Source: Candidatus Methylomirabilis oxygeniifera
Lineage (GTDB): Bacteria; Methylomirabilota; Methylomirabilia; Methylomirabilales; Methylomirabilaceae
Length of the DNA: 32,000 nucleotides
Assembly: GCA_000091165.1 (NCBI GenBank)
Contig: FP565575.1
Coordinates: 750,001 to 782,000 of the forward strand
Reading direction: 5' to 3'
Of this stretch, positions 8,686 to 17,737 are shown one piece after another (position 1 is the stretch's first letter; every line of letters begins with the position of its first letter). The notes under the pieces were generated by a model, which was not told where the DNA came from, made no database searches, and was given only the letters and a program-made list of their open reading frames with translations. A program made the position numbers and the translations under genes.

Positions 8686-10851
8686 ATGAATGAGCGAGAA
8701 GAACGCCCGGCTAAGGAGCGCGTAGAGTTCAAGAAGCTTCTTGCGATCAATCCCAACTACTTTGGTAATCTGGAGAAGAGCGAGTTCAAACCCGTCAAGA
8801 AGATTGTCGGAAACACGACGTACGAGGAGGTGACCTGCGTCGGATTCAACCCGGCGCTCAACCTCCTCGAGGCGACCATTCAGATCAAACGACCCGGTGG
8901 CTACAATGGCACCCTCTGTACACCCGGATCGACCGAGTATGTTCGATTCTTTATCGACTACGGCGCCGGCTGGATCGACGTCGGTCTCGCCTCCTTCAAC
9001 GCACATGACATCGCTAACGCTGTCGACTGCGCGAACCATCCCGATAAGCCCATCTCCTACGTCGTGACACTCTCCCTCGACCCCCAGCGGGATACCTGCA
9101 AACACCCCGTTCTGCCGAAGGTCCGCGCCATCCTCTCATGGCAGTTGATGCCTCCGGCGGCGGCCTCGAATTGGCCGCCAATCTGGGGTAACGTACTCGA
9201 CCAGCACATCCAGATCAAGCCGCGGCGCCCGATATTCGGCGACATCTTCGAGGTTATCCCCAAGGACGTGCTGAAGGACCTTCCACCCCTGATCGAGGAG
9301 GTCAAGCCGTTTCCCATCCCACTGCCCGATCCCCCACCGTTGTCCGTGAGCGATCTCGCAGAACTCTATCACGTCAAAGAGAAGACCATGAGCGCCGGTG
9401 TAGAACCCCACCGGTTCGGGCTGGCGCACCTACAGGCGTTGGTGGCATCGGGGACCCAGGACATGCTGTCCGGCGCCAACGTGGAGTGGAAGGCCGCCGG
9501 TATTGATCTGGCTGGGGCACTGGCCGCCCTCGACAAGACCAAGGCGGACGTCTCATATGAAGAACTCAAATGCCTGGGACTGGAGTATAACCTGGATCGC
9601 CTGGTCGCGACCTTCAGGATCAAGCGACCAAGCGGATACTCAGGCAATCTGTGCGCTCAGGGGAGTCAGGAATACGTAGCCTTCTGGGCGGACTGGGACG
9701 ATACGTGCGAGTGGACGTACCTCAATACCGTTACGGTCAACGTCCACGATATCTCGACGATTCCGGCCGACGGGCTCGCCTACAGCGCGATCCTGCCGGT
9801 GGACCTGAACGCCGTCCGGCGTCCCTGCGGCGGCCCGGGTGGCGGGCCGAAGATCGCGCGCATCCGAGCTGTCTTATCGTGGAACAGCCCGCCGTCGACA
9901 ACCGATCCTGACGCGCTGAATCACTGGGGCAACCGTCTGGACGCGCATGCGCAGATCCGCCCCGGCGCCTCGGTCCCCGGAGATCAGCCGTTTATCAGTG
10001 CCATCGGCGGCATCGGCGTCGCCGACATCAACGTCCTCGGCAACGGCATGACTAAGCCCACAGCGACATTCGGCTTCAGCGGCCTCGCTGCCGATTATCC
10101 ATGGCTGCTGAGCCGTGAATGCCCATTCGGCGGCCTGATCATCGTCCAGGGGCCGCCCGTACTCGGGTTCAAGTACCGGCTCTGGGCGCGGGAGTTCGGC
10201 AACGCGATGACCGAGCAGATTGTGACGGACCAGTTCCATGTGATGAACTGGCTCGGGGTCGGATCCGACATCGCGCCGGATCCAATCACGGGCTACGCCA
10301 CCTACATGGATACGCTCTCAAACATGAACCAGGTGCTGGCGCACTGGACGCCGCCGGGAGACGCTCTGTGGGAAATCCGGGTGGAGATGGCCACGCTGGG
10401 CGACGTCGTCGTTGGGACCACTGTGTGGCACAGCATCCAGCTCGATAATACGGCGCCGCGCCGCAAGCCGGCCGTGCTGCCGTTCGAGCCGCCGGCGGTA
10501 ACCTGCGAGATCCACATCGACAGCGGTGGCGACTGCAAGGACTTCACCCAGGGGACGGTGATCCAGGGGCACTTCGTTGCGCGGGACACGCATTTCGGCG
10601 GGTTCTCTCTGACCACACTGCCGTCAAGCATGTTGCCGAACAGTCCCACAACAGCGACGCCGACCACCTCGCAGACGGCCTCGTTTGCCGCCGGCGGCGA
10701 CGAATGGGAGCTTGCCACCATAGGCATGCAACCCTGTGGCTATGTTGTGCTGTTACAGGTCTGGGATCGCTCGATCGTCGGAAGCCGACCCGACTCGCAC
10801 AACTACAACTACTACGACGTGGGGTTCTGTCTGAGGGCGGCGAGTAAGTAG
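8686..10851 (+). CDS. Large (721 aa) hypothetical protein with two tandem copies of a ~150-aa domain
   Basis: Long ORF with SD aaggagg; internal copies NTTYEEVTCVGFNPALNLLEATIQIKRPGGYNGTLC and DVSYEELKCLGLEYNLDRLVATFRIKRPSGYSGNLC. Confidence 0.8.
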   Translation: MNEREERPAKERVEFKKLLAINPNYFGNLEKSEFKPVKKIVGNTTYEEVTCVGFNPALNLLEATIQIKRPGGYNGTLCTPGSTEYVRFFIDYGAGWIDVGLASFNAHDIANAVDCANHPDKPISYVVTLSLDPQRDTCKHPVLPKVRAILSWQLMPPAAASNWPPIWGNVLDQHIQIKPRRPIFGDIFEVIPKDVLKDLPPLIEEVKPFPIPLPDPPPLSVSDLAELYHVKEKTMSAGVEPHRFGLAHLQALVASGTQDMLSGANVEWKAAGIDLAGALAALDKTKADVSYEELKCLGLEYNLDRLVATFRIKRPSGYSGNLCAQGSQEYVAFWADWDDTCEWTYLNTVTVNVHDISTIPADGLAYSAILPVDLNAVRRPCGGPGGGPKIARIRAVLSWNSPPSTTDPDALNHWGNRLDAHAQIRPGASVPGDQPFISAIGGIGVADINVLGNGMTKPTATFGFSGLAADYPWLLSRECPFGGLIIVQGPPVLGFKYRLWAREFGNAMTEQIVTDQFHVMNWLGVGSDIAPDPITGYATYMDTLSNMNQVLAHWTPPGDALWEIRVEMATLGDVVVGTTVWHSIQLDNTAPRRKPAVLPFEPPAVTCEIHIDSGGDCKDFTQGTVIQGHFVARDTHFGGFSLTTLPSSMLPNSPTTATPTTSQTASFAAGGDEWELATIGMQPCGYVVLLQVWDRSIVGSRPDSHNYNYYDVGFCLRAASK

Positions 10852-11142
10852 CCGGGTTGCCGGTCGAAGAACAATACGGACAAGGAACCCGATCAAGCGA
10901 AACGTGAGGTAGTATGTTGCTTAGCGGATGGAAAAGGAGTATTTGTAAGTAACGTATGACCGTGCCCAATCAACCGGAATAAGCTCGGCCAACCTTAAGT
11001 AGGGGAACACTCACGCTAACGCGTAAGAGGGACTTCAGCAGTCCCCCAGATCAGATTCGCATCGGCGGTAGAGTTTCTGACCATGCGAGAGGGGTCCACC
11101 CAAGTCATCGGACAAAACTAAACGAAAAAAGGAGACGAACAC

Positions 11143-12057
11143 ATGGCGGAGACAAATGAGCGTCGGGGAATGGGGTGGTTGCCGGACTACCCCAGTTTTC
11201 GCGATCACACAGTCGATCTGGATGAGCTGCCCCAACGGCTAAAGGATGTAGGACAGCGCGAGTCAGTGAAGGCGATGCTGAAAAAGGTCGGCGTTGCGGC
11301 GCCACTGAAGGCGCCGCCGGCCTCAGTTGATCTTCGGGCCTGGTGCTCCGCTATCGAGGATCAGGGCGCCTTAGGCTCCTGCACGGCGAATGCCGGGGTA
11401 GGAATAGTGGAGTATTTTGAGTATCGAGCCTTCGGACGTCACCTGGATGCCTCCCGGCTCTTTTTGTATAAAGCGACCAGAAACCTGATGCATCTGACAG
11501 GCGATACGGGCGCCTTCCTCAGGACCACGATGGGGGCCCTGGTGCTGTTCGGTGTCCCGCCCGAGGAGTACTGGTTGTATACCGTCGCCGATTTTGATAA
11601 GGAGCCTACTGCGTTCTGCTATGCCTTCGCCCAGAACTATCAGGCGATTCAGTACTACCGTCTCGATCCACCAGGCACCAGTAAGCCGACCCTGCTCACC
11701 CGGATTAAGACCAACCTGGCCGGCGGGCTGCCGTCGATGTTTGGTTTTACGGTCTACACCTCGATCTCGCAGGCGGCCGGAAACGGCAAGATTCCTTTTC
11801 CGACTGCCGGCGAGAAGGTAGCGGGTGGCCACGCCATCGTGGCCGTGGGGTACGATGACGCGCTGAAGATTAAGAATACGAATCCCGGCGGTGCAGCAAC
11901 GACGGGGGCGCTGCTGATTCGGAACTCGTGGGGAACGGGATGGGGCGACCAGGGGTACGGTTGGCTCCCTTACGACTATGTGTTGAAAGGGCTGGCTGTG
12001 GATTGGTGGTCACTCCTTAAGAACGAGTGGATAGATACCGGGGCGTTCAAGGTATAA
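11143..12057 (+). CDS. Papain-like (C1A family) cysteine peptidase
   Basis: EDQGALGSCTANAG (Gln/Cys), GGHAIVAVGYDD (His), LLIRNSWGTGWGDQGYGWLPYDYV (Asn); SD aaaaaggaga. Confidence 0.9.
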   Translation: MAETNERRGMGWLPDYPSFRDHTVDLDELPQRLKDVGQRESVKAMLKKVGVAAPLKAPPASVDLRAWCSAIEDQGALGSCTANAGVGIVEYFEYRAFGRHLDASRLFLYKATRNLMHLTGDTGAFLRTTMGALVLFGVPPEEYWLYTVADFDKEPTAFCYAFAQNYQAIQYYRLDPPGTSKPTLLTRIKTNLAGGLPSMFGFTVYTSISQAAGNGKIPFPTAGEKVAGGHAIVAVGYDDALKIKNTNPGGAATTGALLIRNSWGTGWGDQGYGWLPYDYVLKGLAVDWWSLLKNEWIDTGAFKV

Positions 12058-12291
12058 ACTCCAGGATGGTGTGCTGTATCGCATGTCTGGAGAAGGCAGG
12101 GGACGCGAAAGGCAGAAAAAGACTTGAACAGTTCCTTGCGGTACGCTATGGTATTTTTTATAAGGGCGGAAGCCGGTTAAGCCCAGGTTGCGTGTCGGAT
12201 CCGGATAAGGTGGTAAACGGCCACATCCCGCACGCCTAACGTCGTCACGTGTCGATCGCGATCCTCTATTATCCCGACGCTACGCCGTATA

Positions 12292-12750
12292 ATGGTCTCA
12301 TTGATCTTCTGCTGCAGTTCGAACCGTCGCAGGAAGCAGCGGCGCGCGTGCGCTCTTGCGACGGTGTCGGTTCTCTTCGCCCTCCAAGGGGCAAGCCTCG
12401 CGCGTGAGGGGAAGTCGCCCGAGACTGAGCGCAGGCCGCCCGCTCATCTGGCGACAACGGCGGACGCGCATTACGAACTTGGGGTTTCGTACCACGAGCA
12501 GATGTTTGTCAATCTCGACCAGGCGATTGCCGAATATGAGCAGGCGATCAAGCTTCGGAACGATTTTGCTGAGGCGCACTACCACCTGGGGCTTTCCTAC
12601 CATACGAAGGCTAAATTGGGCGCTGACGATAAGGTCCTGTACCGTAAGGCGCTGAAAGAGTACAAGGCGTATCTGACCCTGCTTCCGAAGGGCTCATTAG
12701 CCGAAAAGGCCAGGCAGAATATTAAAGCAGTGGAGCAGAGGCTTCGATAA
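12292..12750 (+). CDS. Tetratricopeptide-repeat protein, probably exported
   Basis: ADAHYELGVSYHEQM...LDQAIAEYEQAIKLRNDFAEAHYHLGLSYHTKAKL...ALKEYKAYLTLLP; hydrophobic N-terminal segment; start codon uncertain. Confidence 0.75.
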   Translation: MVSLIFCCSSNRRRKQRRACALATVSVLFALQGASLAREGKSPETERRPPAHLATTADAHYELGVSYHEQMFVNLDQAIAEYEQAIKLRNDFAEAHYHLGLSYHTKAKLGADDKVLYRKALKEYKAYLTLLPKGSLAEKARQNIKAVEQRLR

Positions 12751-12775
12751 GCTCGCGGTGTGGGGGGTACGAGTA

Positions 12776-13831
12776 ATGGATTGTTGTTGCGGCGTCGGCA
12801 GGCGTGATTTCTTGCTGCTGGCTGTCGGGTCCCTGCTTGGACTCATGTCGCCTTTGCGCGCCTATGGTTTTACGATCATCTCTGAATCTGAGGAGAACGA
12901 GATCGGCAAGAAGGCGGATCAGGAGATTCTTGCGCATTTCGGTCGTTATCGCGACCAGCAATTGCAAGCATATGTGGAGTCGATCGGTCAGCGACTGCTG
13001 GAAGGGATCGGCCCAACCAGTTTCCACTACAGTTTCAAGATCGTCGATGTTCCGGACGTGAACGCGATGGCCCTGCCGGGAGGCTATATCTACATTACCA
13101 GAGGGATGCTGGCGATGTTGAACAGCGAGGCGCAGCTCGCGGGGGTCCTCGGCCACGAGATCGGTCACGTGACCTCCCGTCATGCGGCGAAACAGCTCAC
13201 GAAAGCCTTAGGTGCGCAAATCCTGTCGCTGGGTCTCATGGCCGTGAGCCCCGGCGGTCGCCAGAATACGGGAGAGTGGGCACAGGTGTCATCGGCCCTT
13301 TTCAGCCATGTCCTCATGGGATACGGCCGGGAGGCGGAGATGGAGGCTGACGAGCGCGGACTTCGCACAGCCTACCGCGCCGGCTATGATCCTGGAGAGA
13401 TGGTCGCATTCCTCACTGCGATGAAGGTAAAGGAACGACTGGAAGCACTCGGTTATCACGGCTTTCAAGGGACCCATCCGGAGACGATCGATCGCGTCGT
13501 GAAGGCTGAAACCATGGCCTCCATTCTCATTGAGCAGGGCAGCGGCGCTCTCGAAGTGAAGACGAACGAATACAAAGCGCACCTCGACGGTTTGATCTAT
13601 GGGACGAAGCGGGATCGTCGGCGTCTGAAGATCTATGTTGCCAAAGGCGGAGAGACACCGACAACGGTGGCCAGGGATATCCTTGGCGACCAGCAACTGG
13701 CGTGGGAGGTGGCGACCCTGAATGGGATCAAAGAAGCGACGGTCTTCCGTGAGGGAGACCAGGTGAAACTGCTGCCGCCTGTGTCTACGGGTTCGCCTGA
13801 AGGGCGACAGTTGAGGCTTTCCCCCAACTGA
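12776..13831 (+). CDS. M48 family zinc metalloprotease (BepA-like class)
   Basis: HEIGHVTSRHA active site, NAMALPGGYIYITRGML, downstream EMEADERGLRTAYRAGYDP. Confidence 0.92.
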   Translation: MDCCCGVGRRDFLLLAVGSLLGLMSPLRAYGFTIISESEENEIGKKADQEILAHFGRYRDQQLQAYVESIGQRLLEGIGPTSFHYSFKIVDVPDVNAMALPGGYIYITRGMLAMLNSEAQLAGVLGHEIGHVTSRHAAKQLTKALGAQILSLGLMAVSPGGRQNTGEWAQVSSALFSHVLMGYGREAEMEADERGLRTAYRAGYDPGEMVAFLTAMKVKERLEALGYHGFQGTHPETIDRVVKAETMASILIEQGSGALEVKTNEYKAHLDGLIYGTKRDRRRLKIYVAKGGETPTTVARDILGDQQLAWEVATLNGIKEATVFREGDQVKLLPPVSTGSPEGRQLRLSPN

Positions 13832-13893
13832 TCCATCCTGCCGTGTCTGCGTTGAATCTGAGAGGGTTCATTCCCCGCGGCTTGCCGCAAGTT

Positions 13894-14005
13894 CGTCATA
13901 CCGGCGGACCCCGGATCGGAGTCCGGGGCAGGCGCCGGAATCAGAGGGCCACGCTGGATTCTTCCGTATCCGGTACGGGGCAGGCTTGTCAAGCACGGAA
14001 TGACG
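13894..14005 (+). repeat. Palindromic intergenic element bounded by CGTCAT / ATGACG
   Basis: Contains CCCCGGA(13909-13915)/TCCGGGG(13922-13928), CCGTA-TCCGG-TACGG (13964-13978) and outer inverted termini. Confidence 0.6.
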
Positions 14006-14093
14006 GACTAGAACAGAAGACGATACCTCGCAGTAAGCTGCGGGGTTCTTCAAAGGGGGAGGGTGTAAGGTTCGGAACGGAGGGATCGATCGC

Positions 14094-14816
14094 ATGCGGG
14101 TGGATGGAAGGATAAGAGATGGCGACACCATTCGCCGGATGTTCGGCGGCATTGCGCCTCGATACGATCTCCTCAATCGTCTGCTCAGCGCTGCGCGCGA
14201 CCGCTACTGGCGCCGGGAGGCCGTCGCTCACACTCGGCTCCCCTCCGGTGGAGCCGCGCTCGATGTCTGCACCGGGACTGCCGATATGGCCCTGGAATTG
14301 GCCAGGCAGTTCCCCTCAGCCGGGACGATTATCGGCGTAGACTTCTGCCTGCCGATGATACGTATCGCGGCGGAAAAGGTCGCTCGCAAGGGCCTGACCG
14401 GTCGTATCCGGCTGCAAGCCGCCTCCGCCGAGGCCTTACCGTTCGACGCTAATACCTTCGACGCCGTCACCATCGCCTTCGGGATCCGCAACGTCGTAGA
14501 TCGCAAGTGCGGGTTGTCGGAACTCTGTAGAGTGCTGCGTCCGGGGGGCGTGGGCGTCATCCTGGAGTTCGCCACGCCCCGTGGGCCGTTCTTCGGGTGG
14601 CTCTATCGTGTCTATTTCCATCGCGGGCTTCCCTGGCTGGGTGGCCTGATTTCAGGGGATCCTCAGGCGTACAGGTACCTTCCGACCTCCGTGTCCGCCT
14701 TCCCCGCCCCGCAGGAACTGTCCAGGATGATGGAAGAGGTGGGCTTCCGTGATGTTCACTTCCGCACCCTGACCGGTGGGATTGTCACCCTTCATATGGG
14801 AACGAAATCGGCGTGA
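14094..14816 (+). CDS. ubiE/menG: Demethylmenaquinone/ubiquinone C-methyltransferase
   Basis: VRRMFGGIAPRYDLLNRLLS-like start (IRRMFGGIAPRYDLLNRLLS), LDVCTGTADMAL, GVDFCLPMI, TIAFGIRNVVDRKCGLSELCRVLRPGG. Confidence 0.93.
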   Translation: MRVDGRIRDGDTIRRMFGGIAPRYDLLNRLLSAARDRYWRREAVAHTRLPSGGAALDVCTGTADMALELARQFPSAGTIIGVDFCLPMIRIAAEKVARKGLTGRIRLQAASAEALPFDANTFDAVTIAFGIRNVVDRKCGLSELCRVLRPGGVGVILEFATPRGPFFGWLYRVYFHRGLPWLGGLISGDPQAYRYLPTSVSAFPAPQELSRMMEEVGFRDVHFRTLTGGIVTLHMGTKSA

Positions 14817-15685
14817 ACCTGCTGCGACCGGCCATTCATAAAACAGCCCTGTATCTGGAACTGGTGAAGTTTTCTCACACCGTCTTCGCGCTTCCGTTTG
14901 CCTTGATGGGCGCCATTCTGGCAGCCCGAGGGATCCCGACGCCGCCGACGCTCTTCTGGATTGTAGTGGCCATGGTCGGCGCCAGAAGCGGCGCCATGGC
15001 GATCAACCGGCTGGCCGACCAGGAGTTCGACGCGCGAAATCCCCGCACACAGGAGCGAGCCCTGCCGAAGGGAATAGTCCGGCGCGGAGAGGTGATCCTG
15101 TTCACGCTTGGGTCGTTCACACTCTTCCTATTCGCCGCCTCCCGGCTGAATCCGCTTTGCCTGAAGTTGGCTCCCCTTGCGATGGCGGTGCTGATTCTGT
15201 ACTCTTACACCAAGCGCTTCACGTTTCTCTCTCACCTGGTGTTAGGGCTGGCGCTGGCTATAGCGCCTCTGGGCGCGTGGATCGCTGTGACCGGGGAGCC
15301 GGCAGCGGTTCCGATTGTGCTCGGTATTGCCGTGCTCTTCTGGGTAGCCGGGTTTGACATCCTGTACGCCATGGCTGATATCGACTGTGATCGAGCGGCG
15401 GGCCTCCATTCGATTCCGGCCAGGTTCGGAATACCGACCGGGATGGCCATCTCTCGATCCTTTCACGCGGCGACCCTGTTGCTCCTCTTCCTGCTGATGT
15501 TTCTTTCGGATCTACGCAGTTTCTATCTGGCCGGCGTCCTCCTTGCCACGGGCCTCCTGGTGTATGAGCACCTGCTGCTTCTCCGCTGCGGCCTCAATCG
15601 ACTCGACGCCGCCTTTTTCACGGCCAACGGTCTGCTCAGCATTTCCCTGTTCTGTTTTACCCTTCTCGATGTTGTGCTGTTGTAG
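14813..15685 (+). CDS. UbiA-family prenyltransferase (4-hydroxybenzoate / MqnP-like)
   Basis: VKFSHTVFALPFALMGA, MAINRLADQEFDARNPRTQERALPKG (NRxxDxxxD-type), ADIDCDRAAGLHSIP; 4-nt overlap with the upstream gene. Confidence 0.92.
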   Translation: MNLLRPAIHKTALYLELVKFSHTVFALPFALMGAILAARGIPTPPTLFWIVVAMVGARSGAMAINRLADQEFDARNPRTQERALPKGIVRRGEVILFTLGSFTLFLFAASRLNPLCLKLAPLAMAVLILYSYTKRFTFLSHLVLGLALAIAPLGAWIAVTGEPAAVPIVLGIAVLFWVAGFDILYAMADIDCDRAAGLHSIPARFGIPTGMAISRSFHAATLLLLFLLMFLSDLRSFYLAGVLLATGLLVYEHLLLLRCGLNRLDAAFFTANGLLSISLFCFTLLDVVLL

Positions 15686-15829
15686 CGAGAGTAGAGATGG
15701 AAGGCGGTGGACGTCCTCGACGGTGTCAGACACTTAGGGTTGCAGAATGCGGCACAATAGAGCATCCTGAGACGTGAATCTGCAACCTATCCGCAACCCC
15801 TGGGCTACCGGGGGGAGGGTGGTGACGTC

Positions 15830-16084
15830 ATGCTTGTCAGAAAATGCTTTATGGGAGCGCTCGTGGGGATGTCCGGAGGATTCCTCGTCGGTCTCATTGG
15901 AGCATTTGTTCTCGGACCGCTGTGGATGATTGCATCTGAGGGAGGTGCTCCGCCGCCAGTGAATCTCATAAGCCTGGTCTTGCTTCTTACGATTCCTACC
16001 GGCCTCATCATTGGGATCATGGTCCCGATTCGCAAGGCATCGAGGCGCCGTCAGGCAGCCAAAGCGGAGGAGGAGACTCGCTGA
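15830..16084 (+). CDS. Small membrane protein, hypothetical
   Basis: 84-aa ORF with two hydrophobic segments (FMGALVGMSGGFLVGLIGAFVLG; LISLVLLLTIPTGLIIGIMVP). Confidence 0.55.
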   Translation: MLVRKCFMGALVGMSGGFLVGLIGAFVLGPLWMIASEGGAPPPVNLISLVLLLTIPTGLIIGIMVPIRKASRRRQAAKAEEETR

Positions 16085-16153
16085 CGCCGTGATCCTTTTT
16101 GAATCGATAACAAAAAAGGGCAGCGGCTTGATGCCGCAACCCCTTGATGTAAT

Positions 16154-16229
16154 TGGTGGAGCTGACGGGATTCGAACCCGTGGCCTCCTGACTGCCAGTC
16201 AGGCGCGCTCCCAACTGCGCCACAGCCCC
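16154..16229 (-). tRNA. tRNA-Ala (anticodon GGC), CCA encoded
   Basis: Reverse complement GGGGCTGTGGCGCAG...CCTGACTGGCAGTCAGG...CACGGGTTCGAATCCCGTCAGCTCCACCA; G3:U70 alanine identity pair present. Confidence 0.95.
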
Positions 16230-16243
16230 ACATTGGTATGCCT

Positions 16244-16504
16244 ATGAACAGGGACGATTTAAGCGAACAGGAGCAAGCCTGTCAAGGGAAATCTTCCCCG
16301 CGCTCTGCTCCATCGGGCCGGACCATCGGTCTCCGCCAATGTTTTGTGTGCGGCGGAGCCATCACGCTCCAGGAAACCTATCTCCTCGCTGAAGGGCCGA
16401 CCGCGGATATTGTCCGGACTGTCTGCCGCCCCTGCTATTGTCGCAAAAGTCTTGAGATCCGCGAAGCGGTCCGACGAGAGCGCGACGAAGGATTCATCCG
16501 CTAG
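16244..16504 (+). CDS. Small Cys-rich (Zn-binding-like) hypothetical protein
   Basis: CFVCGGAITL...CRPCYCRKS pattern (two CxxC). Confidence 0.45.
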   Translation: MNRDDLSEQEQACQGKSSPRSAPSGRTIGLRQCFVCGGAITLQETYLLAEGPTADIVRTVCRPCYCRKSLEIREAVRRERDEGFIR

Positions 16505-16594
16505 CCGGACCTCTTTAGAGCACTCCTGGCGAGGGGCGACAGCGCAGTCATGGACATGAAAGTCTACGCGGTGAGGTATTCAATGCCCGCCCGC

Positions 16595-16704
16595 GTCATT
16601 GCGAGCGACCAACGGGAGCGTGGCAATCTCATCGTTGTACCCAGGGGCCACGGACCCCAACGACTGTGAGATTGCTTCGGTCGCTGCCGCTTCCTCGCAA
16701 TGAC
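16595..16704 (+). repeat. Interspersed palindromic repeat, GTCATTGCGA...TCGCAATGAC
   Basis: Outer inverted repeat 16595-16604 / 16695-16704 with nested CAATCTCA / TGAGATTG arms. Confidence 0.75.
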
Positions 16705-16899
16705 CCGCGAGGGAGACTTTCTAACCAATGACCAGGCAGCGGTTGGCGAACGACATTGGGACGGTACCTGGGGGTCGAATCCGCTTGACAGTTCGTAGAG
16801 CGCTTTGATAGATAGAAGAATCGATAAAGCCCATGAGGCGCCTACTTCCTGAGGGGCCTCAGCCGCTCCCTGAGTGTTGAGGAGCCGAAGAGCTGGAGA

Positions 16900-17217
16900 A
16901 TGGTAAGCGATCCTGCGACAATCTATCCGATCAGGAGCGAGCATGTGACCTGGAAAGCCCTCGACGGCGAGAGCGTCCTCCTCCATCTCGAGACCGGCGT
17001 GTACTTCAGCCTGAATGAAACCGGGACCGCTGCGTGGGAGCTGTTCGATGGCGCAACTCCGTTGGCAGCCGTCGGCGAGGCCATCTGTGCTCGATTTAAT
17101 GTCTCCGCAGAGCAGGTCCGGCAAGATCTCTTCGAGTTGACGCAGACGCTTCAGGAAGAAGGATTGGTGGAAATTCATGAAGACCCTGCGACGCCTCCGG
17201 GAACTGACCGATCCTGA
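16900..17217 (+). CDS. PqqD-family protein / RiPP recognition element (lasso B1-like)
   Basis: GESVLLHLETGVYFSLNETGTAAWELFDGATPLAAVGEAICARFNVSAEQVRQDLFELTQTLQEEGLVEI is the PqqD-like pattern. Confidence 0.88.
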   Translation: MVSDPATIYPIRSEHVTWKALDGESVLLHLETGVYFSLNETGTAAWELFDGATPLAAVGEAICARFNVSAEQVRQDLFELTQTLQEEGLVEIHEDPATPPGTDRS

Positions 17218-17689
17218 GTCGTTCCGGCTCTTCGGTTGGTCGCTTCTGATGGTTTTCGTGGTGGCAACCCTCTTGCGCTTTACGCGGTTGCCGGTGTTGC
17301 TCCGCTATTTGACCCGACCGGCGGCCCCTATACGCACCGGCCACAAGTCGGTACGGACCCTCGAGACCCGCGCAGTCGATCGGGTCCGCCGGTATAGCCA
17401 TGTGATTATCACGGGTCTCCTTCGATCGCGACGCCCATGTCTGCTGCGTTCGCTGGTCCTGTACCGATACTGTTGGAAGTGCGGAGTGCCCGTATCGATC
17501 CACTTTGGGGTACGGTCGGGTATGGGCGGATTGGAAGGACATAGTTGGGTCACGTGTGACGGGATCCCTTTAGGGGAATCGGATGCAGGGGTGCGTCCCT
17601 ACATCGTCGTCTATTCGTTCCCCATCAACACCGACGGGACCGACCCGCATGACGCTCCGGCTGTGGCCGGATATCTGGAATGTGCGTAA
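17177..17689 (+). CDS. Lasso peptide biosynthesis B2-like leader protease (transglutaminase-like)
   Basis: RPCLLRSLVLYRYC (Cys), GLEGHSWVTCDGIPLGES (His/Asp); overlaps the PqqD-like ORF by 41 nt. Confidence 0.87.
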   Translation: MKTLRRLRELTDPESFRLFGWSLLMVFVVATLLRFTRLPVLLRYLTRPAAPIRTGHKSVRTLETRAVDRVRRYSHVIITGLLRSRRPCLLRSLVLYRYCWKCGVPVSIHFGVRSGMGGLEGHSWVTCDGIPLGESDAGVRPYIVVYSFPINTDGTDPHDAPAVAGYLECA

Positions 17690-17737
17690 GCTATAGCCAC
17701 TGACGCTGAAACGATATTGAGAAGGAGGAGGATACGC

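Noticed and set aside
16785-16813. Possible promoter (TTGACA at 16785-16790) upstream of the PqqD-like gene
   Set aside because: Perfect -35 but no convincing -10 at 16-18 nt spacing, so not listed as a feature.
16564-17178. Minus-strand 204-aa ORF
   Set aside because: Spans the palindromic repeat and antisense of the PqqD-like gene; no recognisable motif.
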